A stretch of DNA of 64,000 nt, from NCBI GenBank assembly GCA_031364805.1, contig JANLWW010000144.1, positions 1,964 to 65,963 on the forward strand. The letters are read 5' to 3'. A program made the position numbers and the translations under genes. Source of the DNA: Acidobacteriota bacterium. GTDB taxonomy: Bacteria > Acidobacteriota > Vicinamibacteria > Vicinamibacterales > UBA2999. Of this stretch, positions 34,576 to 42,668 are shown piece after piece. The notes beneath the pieces were generated by a model, which searched no databases, had not been told where the DNA came from, and saw only the letters and a list, made by a program, of their open reading frames with translations. The first letter of the stretch is position 1; every line of letters begins with the position of its first letter.

Positions 34576-36447
34576 CTAGCCCTTCGGAGGCTTGACGGGT
34601 GCGGGCGGCGGCGTCCGCACTGGCAACGCCGGGCTATTCGTCAGCGGCGTGGCGGGGGAGAGTCCTGGCACGCCGCCGGCTTCATCGCCGCCGGGGGGGC
34701 GCTGGGGTTGCGGCAGCGGAATTGGCAGTGGCGCAATGTCGGTAACCGGCGCACCGCCGTCGCGGCCCATGCGGAACGGCTGCAGGTCCTCTGCCGTCAG
34801 GTTCAGCACCCGCACGATGCGCGGCGTCAGCGTCAGGATGATGTCGGTTTCCTGCGTCTCCCTTCGGTTGTAGCCGAACAGTCGGCCGATCACCGGAATG
34901 TCGCCCAGGCCGGGAATGCTCGCCAGCGAGGTGCGTTCCTCGTCGCGAATCAGGCCGGCCAGCATGTTCGTTTCGCCATCCTTCAGGCGAATCACCGTGT
35001 TGATCGAGCGGCTGCCGAAGGTAGGAAGGCCGCCGAATCCCGATCCCGAGATGCTGCTCAACTCCACCTTTAGCGCCAGTGTGACGGCGTTGTCGTGATG
35101 CATGCGCGGGGTGATGTCGATGTTCACGCCAATGGGTTCGTAGTTGAACGAGGTGATGGGCTGCGTCTGTACGCCGCCGGCCGCGATCGGCGCGAAGGTA
35201 GTCACCGGCACCGGCACGCGCTCGCCGAAGCGCGCCTGCGCGGGAATGCCTTCCGAAGTGCGCAGTTGCGGATTGGCGAGAATGCGCGTCGCGCTGTCGT
35301 TCTTCAGCAGCCGGTAATACAGCGACGGCAAGTTGGTGAGCAGCACGTCGGCCGAGGTCAGGCTGGTGAGGGTTCGCAAAGACAAGCCCTCCTTGCTGAT
35401 CGTGGCCTGGCCATTAAGCCCGGTCGGTCCGGTCGCCGACGAGGTCGGCGATGCCAGCTGCAGGCCGTACTCGTGCAGGTGGGTGCGATTCACCTCGAGC
35501 AGTTCCACATTGATGATGACTTCCGGCCGCGCCTTGTCAATGGCGGTGATGATCTTGCCGGCGGCGGTGATCCGCTCGGGAGTGTCCTTGATCGTGATGG
35601 CGTTGGTCGCGGTGATCGCCGACAGCCTGCGGGCATCGACGACGATGCGGAGCATGTCGATGGTTTCCTTGAGATCGGCGTTGCTCAGGTAAAACGTGCG
35701 GACGATTTCTTCTTCGTACTCGCGACGCTTGGCGGCCGTGTCGGGGACGATGGTGATGGAATTGGGGGAAGTCGCGCGCCAGAAGTTCCGCGTCGCCGTC
35801 GACAGCGAGGCCAGCGCTTCTGCGAGTGAAAGGCCGCGGAGGTCAACCGATACGGGCTGATCGCGAAACGTCGGGTCAAACAGGACGCTCAGGTCGGTGA
35901 ATTTGCCGATCGCGGCATATACGTCTCTGGAACCGGCGTCGCGAAACACGAGTGTGTCCGGCAGCTTGACGCCGGTCGGCAGGGTGGCCCCAGGCAGCGG
36001 AGTATCCAGGCTCTGAGCAATCAACGACTCAAGGCGGGTCTTGCCGTCTTCGCGAACTGCCACCTTGGCGCGCAACTGCGTGCGGGTTTCCTGCAGCTCG
36101 TGCTCGACATCGCTGTTGCCAGGATTGAGCTCGGACGCAAGCTGGTACTCGACCAATGCCTCTTCGAGATTGCCGGTGGCGGAGAGGCGGCGGGCCTTGC
36201 TGAAATGATCCTGCGCGGCGCGAAGCTTGGCGCGCTCGAGCCCCTGGATCGCCTCGCGATTATTGGGATTGTCGCGCAGCAGCTTCGTGTACTCGGCGAC
36301 GGCGATGTCGTAGTTCTGGGTTCCCTCGGCGCTTCGAGCCGTGCGAATGGAACCCGTGCTCGCACAAGAGCTCAGTGTCAGCGTCACTCCTATGAGGAGG
36401 CCGACACCAGCCAAACGGAAAAACGGGTTACTGGGAACGTGCGCCAT
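34576..36447 (-). CDS. Secretin-family outer-membrane protein with lipoprotein signal and N-terminal TPR module
   Basis: Signal peptide with lipobox LTLSS-C; TPR helices (YDIAVAEYTKLLRDNPNNREAIQGL.., LEEALVEYQLASELNPGN); N-domain repeats; a C-terminal secretin domain (..VPVPVTTF.., IPGLGDIPVIGRLFG); Pro-rich tail. Confidence 0.8.
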   Translation of the reverse strand: MAHVPSNPFFRLAGVGLLIGVTLTLSSCASTGSIRTARSAEGTQNYDIAVAEYTKLLRDNPNNREAIQGLERAKLRAAQDHFSKARRLSATGNLEEALVEYQLASELNPGNSDVEHELQETRTQLRAKVAVREDGKTRLESLIAQSLDTPLPGATLPTGVKLPDTLVFRDAGSRDVYAAIGKFTDLSVLFDPTFRDQPVSVDLRGLSLAEALASLSTATRNFWRATSPNSITIVPDTAAKRREYEEEIVRTFYLSNADLKETIDMLRIVVDARRLSAITATNAITIKDTPERITAAGKIITAIDKARPEVIINVELLEVNRTHLHEYGLQLASPTSSATGPTGLNGQATISKEGLSLRTLTSLTSADVLLTNLPSLYYRLLKNDSATRILANPQLRTSEGIPAQARFGERVPVPVTTFAPIAAGGVQTQPITSFNYEPIGVNIDITPRMHHDNAVTLALKVELSSISGSGFGGLPTFGSRSINTVIRLKDGETNMLAGLIRDEERTSLASIPGLGDIPVIGRLFGYNRRETQETDIILTLTPRIVRVLNLTAEDLQPFRMGRDGGAPVTDIAPLPIPLPQPQRPPGGDEAGGVPGLSPATPLTNSPALPVRTPPPAPVKPPKG

Positions 36448-37102
36448 TGGTCACCACATCCACGCCGCGTGGAATGCGAAATTCAAAATCTTTATCGGTC
36501 AAACGTCGGTTCTCCTTCAGGTTGCTGAAGGAAAATGACGAGCGGCCGCCTTGCTTATCGAGGGCCGTCAAAAACTGGATTTGCAGGGATTTCGGGTCGA
36601 TTCCAATGCCCAAGGAGTCGTAGTCGGCGTGCGGCTTGCGCGGCACCAGCTGCAGGGTGATCAGGCCGGTGGCAGCCCCGGGCAATGCCGTGAAGGTCGC
36701 GACGTAGTCGCGCGCGAGGTCCGATTGGCCAGCCAGGAACAGGGCGGGAATGCTGCCGTCGGCGGGATCGGGCGCTGGACTCACGATCACTTGCTTATCT
36801 GCCACAAGGTGGGTGTAGAGGCGCGTCCCGTCAGAGACGAACTCCTTGCGCTCCGGCTTCGTGTAGGTGAATCGCATTCTGCCCGGCCGCTTGATGGCCA
36901 CGGTGCCGCGTTCAGTGGTCTTCGTCCTGAGCACGCCGCCCTCGTAGGTCTGGACAAAATCACCCTGGAAATCTTTGATGGCGTTATACCGCTGTTGCAC
37001 CTTTGCCGCCAGGGCCGCGGGATCCTGTGGCGCCTGGGCGCCCAGCGCGGCAGCGCTGGCCACCAGTGCGAGAGATGCGAGAAGAAACCTCACGCTACCC
37101 AT
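36428..37102 (-). CDS. lolA: Outer-membrane lipoprotein carrier protein LolA-like
   Basis: Signal peptide plus the LolA pattern (QQRYNAIKDFQGDFVQTY.., KRPGRMRFTYTKPE.., LYTHL). The 3' end overlaps the secretin start by 20 nt. Confidence 0.8.
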   Translation of the reverse strand: MGSVRFLLASLALVASAAALGAQAPQDPAALAAKVQQRYNAIKDFQGDFVQTYEGGVLRTKTTERGTVAIKRPGRMRFTYTKPERKEFVSDGTRLYTHLVADKQVIVSPAPDPADGSIPALFLAGQSDLARDYVATFTALPGAATGLITLQLVPRKPHADYDSLGIGIDPKSLQIQFLTALDKQGGRSSFSFSNLKENRRLTDKDFEFRIPRGVDVVTNGARSQ

Positions 37103-37149
37103 ACTATTAGGACTCGCGAGGAAGTGGAGAAGTTGCTTTGGGATTTGAG

Positions 37150-37225
37150 TGGTGGACGGCGCGAGGATCGAACTCGCGACCTCAGCGTTGCGAACGCTGC
37201 GCTCTCCCAGCTGAGCTAGCCGCCC
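37150..37225 (-). tRNA. tRNA-Ala (anticodon CGC), CCA encoded
   Basis: Reverse complement reads GGGCGGCTAGCTCAGCTGGGAGAGCGCAGCGTTCGCAACGCTGAGGTCGCGAGTTCGATCCTCGCGCCGTCCACCA. It folds as a cloverleaf with anticodon loop TT-CGC-AA, the G3:U70 alanine identity pair, and a GTTCGATCC T-arm. Confidence 0.95.
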
Positions 37226-37283
37226 TTTAGGTCAATAACTGAACGATAATAGCAAAAAATGCAGCAAAAGAAGGACTACTAAG

Positions 37284-38366
37284 TTGCCTCAGGTCAAGAA
37301 AATCGGCGTTCTCACCGGCGGCGGCGACGCCCCGGGCCTTAACGCCGTCATTCGGGCGGTGGTGAAAGCTGCGCACAACGCAGGTATCGAAGTGATTGGC
37401 CTCGAAGACAGCTTCGACGGCCTGCTCGACCCGTCGCGCACACGCGTCCTCACGCCGAAGGACGTCACCGGCATTCTGCGGCTGGGCGGTACCATCCTTG
37501 GTACGACCAATCACGGCAATCCGTTTGAGTACCCGGTCGATACGCCGGAAGGCAAGGTTGACTACTCAGACAAGGTGATCGACACGTTTCACAAGATGGG
37601 TCTGCACGCGCTGGTCGTGATTGGCGGCGACGGCTCGCTCAGCATTGCCCACCAGTTTCACTTGAAGGGCATTCCGATCGTCGGCGTGCCCAAGACCATT
37701 GATAACGACATTGTCGGTACGACCAGTTGCTTCGGCTTCGACACCGCGGTTGACTTCGCCGCCGAGTCCATCGATCGCCTGCATACCACCGCGGAAGCAC
37801 ACAAACGCATCATCGTCGTCGAGGTAATGGGGCGCTACGCGGGCTGGATCGCACTGCACAGCGGCGTGGCCGGTGGTGCAGACGTCATCTTGATCCCAGA
37901 GATTCCGTACGATGCCGAGAGGGTGGCGGCCGCCATCCGCAAGCGTGAGTCGTTCGGCGCGAAGTTCAGCATTGTCGTCGTCGCCGAGGGCGCCAAGCCG
38001 ATTGGCGGCAGCTTCACGGTGCGCGAGGCCGCTCGGGCCGGCTATGTTGAGCGGCTCGGCGGGGTCGGCATTACGGTCGCGGCGCAACTCGAAGAGATGA
38101 CCGGCAAGGAATCGCGTTGCGTTGTGCTTGGCCACTTGCAGCGTGGCGGCGGGCCGACCGCATTTGACCGCGTGCTGGCCACTCGCTTCGGCGGCGCCGC
38201 CGTGGAGCTCTTGCAGCGGGGCGTATTTGGCAAGATGGTCGCGAACAATCCGCCGGACATCGTCCCGGTTCCACTAGGCGACATCGTCGGTCGCACCAAG
38301 ACCGTCCCGCTGGACTACGATCTGTTGAAGACGGCCCGGGCGCTGGGAGTTTCGCTCGGCGACTAG
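37284..38366 (+). CDS. pfkA: 6-phosphofructokinase
   Basis: GVLTGGGDAPGLNA, IGGDGS and PKTIDND motifs. TTG start, 9 nt after AGAAGGA. Confidence 0.9.
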   Translation: MPQVKKIGVLTGGGDAPGLNAVIRAVVKAAHNAGIEVIGLEDSFDGLLDPSRTRVLTPKDVTGILRLGGTILGTTNHGNPFEYPVDTPEGKVDYSDKVIDTFHKMGLHALVVIGGDGSLSIAHQFHLKGIPIVGVPKTIDNDIVGTTSCFGFDTAVDFAAESIDRLHTTAEAHKRIIVVEVMGRYAGWIALHSGVAGGADVILIPEIPYDAERVAAAIRKRESFGAKFSIVVVAEGAKPIGGSFTVREAARAGYVERLGGVGITVAAQLEEMTGKESRCVVLGHLQRGGGPTAFDRVLATRFGGAAVELLQRGVFGKMVANNPPDIVPVPLGDIVGRTKTVPLDYDLLKTARALGVSLGD

Positions 38367-38409
38367 CTCGGTGACGAGATAGTGCGATGGTGGTGAGAGC
38401 GCCGGGTCG

Positions 38410-39594
38410 TCAGGCCTGGTGCACCATGTCCAGGTACTTCAGCGCGCCGCCGGTGTTGAACAGGACGACCGTTTCGTGCGATTTGATGCGGCCGTCCGCG
38501 ACCAAGTGTCGAATCGCGCTCAGCGCGGCGCCGCCCTCGGGCGCCGCCGAGACGCCCTCGTCGCGGCCGATGGTCAACATGTCACGCACCATCGAGGCGT
38601 CCGACACTGCCAGCGCGGTACCGCCGCTTTCGCGAATGGCCCTGAGAATCAGGAAATCGCCGATCGCCCGCGGCACGCGCAGGCCGTCAGCGGCGGTGTG
38701 TGCGTGTTCCCAAGGCTCCGCCTTCTCCAGACCCTGCTCGAAAGCGCGAACGATCGGGGCGCAGCCTTCGGCTTGCACTGACACCATCTTTGGCCGCTGA
38801 CCCGAACTGAGCCAGCCGATGGCCTCCATTTCCGCGAAGGCTTTCCACATGCCGACCAGGCCCGTGCCGCCGCCGGTGGGATAGATGATCCAGTCGGGAA
38901 GCGTCCAACCGAGCTGCTCGGCCAGTTCGTAGCCCATCGTCTTCTTGCCTTCGATGCGGTACGGCTCCTTCATGGTGGATACGTCGTACCAGCCGAGCGG
39001 CTTGCCGGTCGAGGCCGCCAACTTGCCGGCGTCGGTGATCAGGCCGTCAACCAAGGTGACATTGGCGCCGTAGAGACGGCACTCGTCGATAAACGGCTGC
39101 TTGGCGTCTCTCGGGATAAACACTTCGCACTTCAGGCCCGCCGCGGAAGAGTACGCAGCGGCCGCGTTGCCGGCGTTGCCGGCGGTGGGCAGGCTGATGG
39201 TGGTGGCGCCCAGCGCCTTCGCGCGCGTGATCGCGGCCGACTGCCCGCGTGCCTTGAACGACTGCGTGGGGTTCAGCGATTCGTCCTTGATCAGCAGGCG
39301 ATCGAGCCCGAGCGTGCCGCCCAGGCGTCGCGCATGCAGCAAGGGCGTGAAGCCCTCGCCCAGCGTGACGGGCGACTCGCCGGGCAACAACGGCATCATC
39401 TCGCGGTACCGCCACATGTTCGGCTCGCGGCCGGCGAGCGATTCTCTCGGCCACGCGCGTGCTGCCTGCACGTCGTAGCGGGCCAGCAGCGGCAGCCCAC
39501 ATGAAGGACACAGGAAATGGCGTTCGCGCGGGTCGAACGGTCCCGCGCCGCAAGCACTCCCGCACTCCAGGTGCGTGAAGTAGCTACTTGCCAA
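38410..39594 (-). CDS. thrC: Threonine synthase-like PLP enzyme with N-terminal zinc ribbon
   Basis: HLECGSACG..FLCPSCG zinc ribbon, the PLP-lysine motif TQSFKARG, and TAGNAGNAAAAY. Start tentatively TTG 39594, which overlaps the frr end. The ORF-track start at 39678 lies inside frr. Confidence 0.75.
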   Translation of the reverse strand: MASSYFTHLECGSACGAGPFDPRERHFLCPSCGLPLLARYDVQAARAWPRESLAGREPNMWRYREMMPLLPGESPVTLGEGFTPLLHARRLGGTLGLDRLLIKDESLNPTQSFKARGQSAAITRAKALGATTISLPTAGNAGNAAAAYSSAAGLKCEVFIPRDAKQPFIDECRLYGANVTLVDGLITDAGKLAASTGKPLGWYDVSTMKEPYRIEGKKTMGYELAEQLGWTLPDWIIYPTGGGTGLVGMWKAFAEMEAIGWLSSGQRPKMVSVQAEGCAPIVRAFEQGLEKAEPWEHAHTAADGLRVPRAIGDFLILRAIRESGGTALAVSDASMVRDMLTIGRDEGVSAAPEGGAALSAIRHLVADGRIKSHETVVLFNTGGALKYLDMVHQA

Positions 39595-40153
39595 GCAGCT
39601 CTTGGTCTTTCTTGGCCTGCAGTTCGTCGATCGCCTTGACGTGCAGGTCGGTGAGCTTCTGTACTTCGTCCAGGGCACGCTTCTCGTCGTCTTCTGAGAT
39701 CTCGTGATCCTTCAGCATCTTTTTGAGCTTGTCGTTGGCGTCGCGCCGCACGACGCGCACGTGATTGCGGCCCTCTTCGGCCATCTTGTGCACGTGCCGC
39801 GACAGTTCCTTGCGGCGCTCGTCGGTGAGCGACGGAATGGGAATCCGCAGCACCTTGCCGTCGGATGCCGGATTGAGGCCGAGGTCCGACAGGCGAATGG
39901 CCCGCTCGAGCGCCTGCATGATCGACGGGTCGAACGGCTGCGCGACGATCATCGCCGGCTCCGGAATCGAGAGGGTGGCGACCTGGTTGAGTGGCATTCT
40001 CGAGCCGTAGGCTTCAACCTGCACGCCCTCGAGCATCGAAGTCGAGGCGCGGCCGGTGCGGACCCCCGCCAGTTCCTTCCGGGCGAACTCCACATGCGCA
40101 TCCATGCGCTTCTTCACTTCGGCGAATAGACCCTTGAGGTCGCTTACATCCAT
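39584..40153 (-). CDS. frr: Ribosome recycling factor
   Basis: Canonical RRF sequence (..VRTGRAS.SMLEGV.V.AYG...PLNQVA..). Confidence 0.97.
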   Translation of the reverse strand: MDVSDLKGLFAEVKKRMDAHVEFARKELAGVRTGRASTSMLEGVQVEAYGSRMPLNQVATLSIPEPAMIVAQPFDPSIMQALERAIRLSDLGLNPASDGKVLRIPIPSLTDERRKELSRHVHKMAEEGRNHVRVVRRDANDKLKKMLKDHEISEDDEKRALDEVQKLTDLHVKAIDELQAKKDQELLGK

Positions 40154-40172
40154 GATGTCGGTACCTTGTTGA

Positions 40173-40907
40173 CTAGGCCGTGACGAGGGTGCCGATTGTC
40201 TCGCCCATCACGACCCGGCGGATGTTACCCGGCGTCTTGAGGTTGAAGACCAGGATCGGCAGCTTGTTGTCCATGCACAGGGAAATCGCGGTTGCATCCA
40301 TGACCTGGAGGCGTGCCTGCAGCACCTGCAGGTAGGAGATCGTGTCGTAGCGGGTGGCGTCGGGATCCTTGTTCGGATCAGCAGTGTAAATCCCGTCGAC
40401 CTTGGTGCCCTTGAGAATCACCTCGGCCTTCATTTCCATGGCGCGCAGAGCCGCGGCCGTGTCGGTCGTGAAATACGGGTTGCCGGTGCCAGCGGCAAAC
40501 ACCACGACGCGTCCCTTCTCCAGGTGACGCACGGCGCGCCGCCGGATGAACGGCTCGGCGACCGACCGCATTTCAATGGCGGTGAGCACGCGCGTTGCGA
40601 CGCCGTTGTGCTCGAGGGCGTCCTGCAGGGCGAGGGCGTTGATGACGGTCGCGAGCATGCCCATGTAGTCACCGGTCGAGCGGTCCATGCCTCGCGCGCT
40701 GGCCGCGAGGCCGCGAAAAATGTTGCCGCCGCCGATCACGACCGCGGTCTGGACACCCAACGCCTGGATCTCGGCAATATCCTGCGCGATGCGAGTGGCC
40801 ACCGCCGGATCGATGCCGTAGTTCTGCTCACCCATCAGGGCTTCGCCTGACAGCTTCAGAAGGATTCGTTTGTAGTGAGGTGGGGGAGAGGACGAGTCGG
40901 AGGGCAC
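40173..40907 (-). CDS. pyrH: UMP kinase
   Basis: [21 protein letters not shown] and [16 protein letters not shown] 40907 is the only in-frame start close to the conserved N-terminus. The ORF-track start at 41006 runs through the repeat array. Confidence 0.93.
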   Translation of the reverse strand: MPSDSSSPPPHYKRILLKLSGEALMGEQNYGIDPAVATRIAQDIAEIQALGVQTAVVIGGGNIFRGLAASARGMDRSTGDYMGMLATVINALALQDALEHNGVATRVLTAIEMRSVAEPFIRRRAVRHLEKGRVVVFAAGTGNPYFTTDTAAALRAMEMKAEVILKGTKVDGIYTADPNKDPDATRYDTISYLQVLQARLQVMDATAISLCMDNKLPILVFNLKTPGNIRRVVMGETIGTLVTA

Positions 40908-40913
40908 GAAGGG

Positions 40914-40919
40914 ATTATA
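40914..40919 (-). promoter_or_regulatory. Candidate -10 box TATAAT (context TGTATAATCCC), 6 nt upstream of the pyrH GTG
   Basis: Minus strand reads TTGTATAAT-CCCTTC-GTG(40907). No Shine-Dalgarno sequence. Confidence 0.4.
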
Positions 40920-40922
40920 CAA

Positions 40923-41026
40923 GTGGCTAATGTGCCTGGGGTGCCTAATGTGCCTATAGGGCCAAAGGTGCCTAGGGTGCTGCGCGCACTCCAGGACCGT
41001 AGGCACCCTAGGCCCTTTGAGGCACC
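40923..41026. repeat. 9-nt periodic array (7 units, GTGCCTNNN) followed by 3 inverted AGGC(A/C)C units; contains an interrupted 16-bp stem
   Basis: Plus strand 40923..40985: GTGGCTAAT GTGCCTGGG GTGCCTAAT GTGCCTATA GGGCCAAAG GTGCCTAGG GTGCTGCGC. Inverted units at 41001, 41010 and 41020. GCCTAGGGTGC (40970..40980) pairs with GCACCCTAGGC (41003..41013). Confidence 0.8.
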
Positions 41027-41632
41027 TTATTCCGTCGCGAGCTCGCCAAGCTTGAAGCGGGCGAAGCGCGTGATCGTGACGTTCTCGCCGGTCTTCGCAG
41101 TCGCCGCCGCCACCATCTGCTTGATCGTCACGTTCGGGTCACGAACCGACGGCTGGTCCATCAGACAGACCTGCGAGTAGTAGCTGTCGAGCTTACCTTC
41201 GATGATCTTCTCGATCACGTTGGCCGGTTTGCCCGAGTCAGCGAACTGGGCACGGTAGATCTCGCGCTCCTTGTCGAGCACCTCAGGGCCAAGCTCTTCG
41301 CGCCGCACCACCAGCGGGCTGGCCGCGGCAATGTGCATGGCGATTTCTTTCGCCAGCGTCTGGAACTCGGGAGTGCGCGCGACGAAGTCCGTCTCGCAGT
41401 TCACTTCCACCAGCACGCCGACCTTGCCACCCATGTGGATGTAGTGACCGATCATGCCGTCCTTGGCCAGACGGCCGGCCCGCTTGGCGGCCTGGGCCAG
41501 ACCCTTCTTGCGGAGGATGTCAACGGCTTTCTCGACATCGCCGCCTGACTCGTCGAGCGCGGCCTTGCAATCCATCATGCCGGCGCCGGTCTTGTCGCGC
41601 AGTTCCTTGACCTGTAATGCTGTCGCTGCCAT
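41027..41632 (-). CDS. tsf: Elongation factor Ts (short form)
   Basis: [26 protein letters not shown] is the canonical EF-Ts N-terminus. AAGGAG lies 9 nt upstream of ATG 41632. The ORF-track start at 41992 is an over-extension. Confidence 0.95.
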   Translation of the reverse strand: MAATALQVKELRDKTGAGMMDCKAALDESGGDVEKAVDILRKKGLAQAAKRAGRLAKDGMIGHYIHMGGKVGVLVEVNCETDFVARTPEFQTLAKEIAMHIAAASPLVVRREELGPEVLDKEREIYRAQFADSGKPANVIEKIIEGKLDSYYSQVCLMDQPSVRDPNVTIKQMVAAATAKTGENVTITRFARFKLGELATE

Positions 41633-41648
41633 TTCACGTGCTCCTTTG

Positions 41649-41755
41649 GGTCTTGAGGTCTTGAGGTCTTGAGGACCTGGGGTCTTGGGGGCGTAGGGTC
41701 TGGCTTGGAGAATCGTCGTACTTCCAAGACCGCAAGACCGTAAGACCGCAGGACC
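41649..41755. repeat. 8-nt periodic array (7 units, GGTCTTGN) facing 4 inverted NCAAGACC units
   Basis: Plus strand 41649..41704: GGTCTTGA x3, GGACCTGG, GGTCTTGG, GGGCGTAG, GGTCTGGC. Positions 41724..41755: CCAAGACC GCAAGACC GTAAGACC GCAGGACC. Confidence 0.8.
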
Positions 41756-41776
41756 TCTTAGGTCACTGTCTGTACG

Positions 41777-41812
41777 TAAAACGCGCCGGCCCGTGTTATC
41801 GCAGCCGGCGCG
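41777..41812 (-). terminator. Intrinsic terminator or attenuator directly after rpsB
   Basis: Minus-strand RNA reads CGCGCCGGC-(13 nt loop)-GCCGGCGCG-UUUUA: a 9-bp GC stem with a U-tract, starting about 20 nt after the rpsB stop. Confidence 0.6.
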
Positions 41813-41831
41813 GAAGGGAAGCCCGGGCGGG

Positions 41832-42662
41832 TTAGGCCGTGGGGGCGGGCGTCTCTGCGGGACGCTGGGGCTTGCGAATGTCCGCCGGACGCACCGTGCG
41901 GCTGGCCTCGTGCGCGGCGGCCGCTTCGGCTTCGCTCGCAACCTGTTCGGCCATCGCCGACTCGCGCTGGCCGCGGCCGTCGATGACCGCATCGGCCACG
42001 CGCGAGACGAACAGCTTCACCGAGCGAAGCGCATCGTCGTTCCCGGGGATGACGTAGTCGATCTGGTCGGGATCGCAGTTGGTGTCGACGATGCCGATTA
42101 CCGGAATCTTCAGTTTGCGCGCCTCGTCGACAGCAATCTGTTCCTTGCGGGTGTCGACGACGAACAGCGCGTCGGGCAGGCGGCCCATGTGGCGAATGCC
42201 TTCGAGGTTTTTGAGCAGCTTGCGCTTCTCTTTTTCGGCCTTCGCGATTTCCTTCTTGGGCATCGTCTCGTAGCGGCCGTCGGTGGACATCGCCTCGAGA
42301 TCACGCAAGCGGTTGAGGCTGCGCTGAATCGTGGTGAAGTTGGTCAGCAGACCCCCGAGCCAACGCTCGTTGACGTAATACATGCCGCAGCGCGTCGCTT
42401 CTTCCGCGACCACGTCCTGCGCCTGGCGCTTGGTGCCCACGAAGAGGATTGACTTGCCTTCGGCCGCCAGCTGGCGCACAAAGTCCTCGGCCTCTCGGTA
42501 GTGCTTGACGGTCTTGCCGAGGTCGAGAATGTAGATGCCACTGCGCTCCCCGAAGATGAATGGCTTCATCTTGGGATTCCAACGCTTGGTCTGGTGTCCG
42601 AAGTGCACGCCTGCTTCAAGCAGGTCCTTCATCGCGAGCGGGGTCAAGCTGCCTCCAACCAT
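41832..42662 (-). CDS. rpsB: 30S ribosomal protein S2
   Basis: [22 protein letters not shown] is the canonical motif. The C-terminal Ala/Glu/Pro-rich extension is lineage specific. The start could instead be ATG 42629. Confidence 0.96.
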   Translation of the reverse strand: MVGGSLTPLAMKDLLEAGVHFGHQTKRWNPKMKPFIFGERSGIYILDLGKTVKHYREAEDFVRQLAAEGKSILFVGTKRQAQDVVAEEATRCGMYYVNERWLGGLLTNFTTIQRSLNRLRDLEAMSTDGRYETMPKKEIAKAEKEKRKLLKNLEGIRHMGRLPDALFVVDTRKEQIAVDEARKLKIPVIGIVDTNCDPDQIDYVIPGNDDALRSVKLFVSRVADAVIDGRGQRESAMAEQVASEAEAAAAHEASRTVRPADIRKPQRPAETPAPTA

Positions 42663-42668
42663 GATGTA

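Noticed and set aside
40908-41006. The 9-nt repeat array read as a coding His/Arg-rich tripeptide repeat ([19 protein letters not shown]) at the N-terminus of UMP kinase.
   Set aside because: Codon usage in this stretch (AGG, CCT, CTT, TAT, ATT, AAT) is unlike the GC3-rich genes around it. The stretch also contains a TGTATAAT box and inverted repeats. An open frame over about 33 codons is not improbable by chance. Only proteomics could revive this reading.
40923-41755. Short repeat arrays considered as a possible CRISPR or minisatellite.
   Set aside because: The units are only 8-9 nt long, directly abutting and without spacers. No cas genes are present. The arrays are far too short and degenerate for CRISPR.
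41633-41992. N-terminal extensions in the ORF track: tsf from 41992, pxpC from 31108, polX from 26493, GHMP kinase from 27620, ftcD from 6201, nrdR from 457, pyrH from 41006, rpsI from 43127, PKD lipoprotein from 49487.
   Set aside because: In each case the conserved family N-terminus begins at an internal ATG, GTG or TTG. That internal start either sits next to the upstream stop or has its own Shine-Dalgarno or -10 signal. The extra residues are non-homologous and overlap neighbouring genes or repeats.
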